Below are positions 63,436-64,000 of a DNA stretch of 64,000 nt, in pieces. The notes below the pieces were generated by a model that had not been told where the DNA came from, did not search any database, and saw only the letters and a list, made by a program, of their open reading frames with translations. The stretch is from Octopus sinensis. Its lineage: Eukaryota. Both the position numbers and the translations under genes were made by a program. Location of the stretch: NCBI RefSeq assembly GCF_006345805.1, contig NC_042998.1, forward strand, positions 69,378,001-69,442,000, in the 5' to 3' direction. Every line of letters begins with the position of its first letter. Position 1 is the stretch's first letter.

Positions 63436-64000
63436 TAATGTGTATGTGTGGTGTGTGTATATATATATATAATGAGTATGGGTGCTAGTGTATATATGTA
63501 TGTGTGTATAGAGTAAATACGTGTGTTTCTGCCCATGTTTGTGTTTATGTTTGAACTGGTCTAAAAACTGGTGACTTTGTATTCCGTGACTTAGCTGTTC
63601 AACAAATAGGTTTTGATAAAATACTTGACAGAAGTAAGTGCTGGGGTTGATATGACCAACTGTAAATCATATGATGCAATGCTCCAGCATGGCCACAATC
63701 TAATGCCAGGAATCAGTAAAAAGAGTGAAATATTCTTCGTATGAAAATATTTGGATGTAAAAAACAAGAGAAAGAGTACTCATTCCATGTAGTAGAGTAT
63801 AGTTATTAATTCAAAGGTGACAATTCTTTCCTTTGCTACTCAGAATTTGTTCCCTGTGTGATATAGGATTCCACAAAGCAGTAATTTCAGAGTTGCAAAA
63901 AAGGGAATCATCAACGTTGAACAAATGTATGTGTGTGCATGTATGTTTGTAAATACAGATATATGTATATGCATATGTGTGTATGTGATGTGATGTGTTG

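Overview
AT-rich, microsatellite-saturated eukaryotic DNA made up mostly of transposable-element remains. The SINE families point to an octopus or other coleoid cephalopod (inference from recalled families, not a database hit). Only one host coding exon is supportable: an ankyrin-repeat exon at about 40.17-40.32 kb (+), PP1 regulatory subunit / PPP1R27-like. Other contents: several tRNA-derived SINE families, LINE fragments (CR1-group, RTE, R4/Dong-like RLE), a full-length dead mariner, a Tc1 fragment, Tigger/hAT/piggyBac-type MITEs, a Lep1-like Helitron and a 5S-derived copy with a SINE-type tail. The most notable signal is a set of Penelope-like element (PLE) and hammerhead ribozyme (HHR) features. 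(1) A 1.55-kb near-perfect palindrome of a GIY-YIG endonuclease-encoding PLE 3' end, inserted in (TA)n. (2) A decayed RT fragment of apparently the same PLE type. (3) Four different HHR-like motif families. These include a 312-bp-period retrozyme-like tandem and a non-autonomous element joining a tRNA-type Pol III head to an HHR tail, found twice, each time with PLE-type inverted arms. All motif and family calls were made by eye. None was checked by alignment, folding software or database search.
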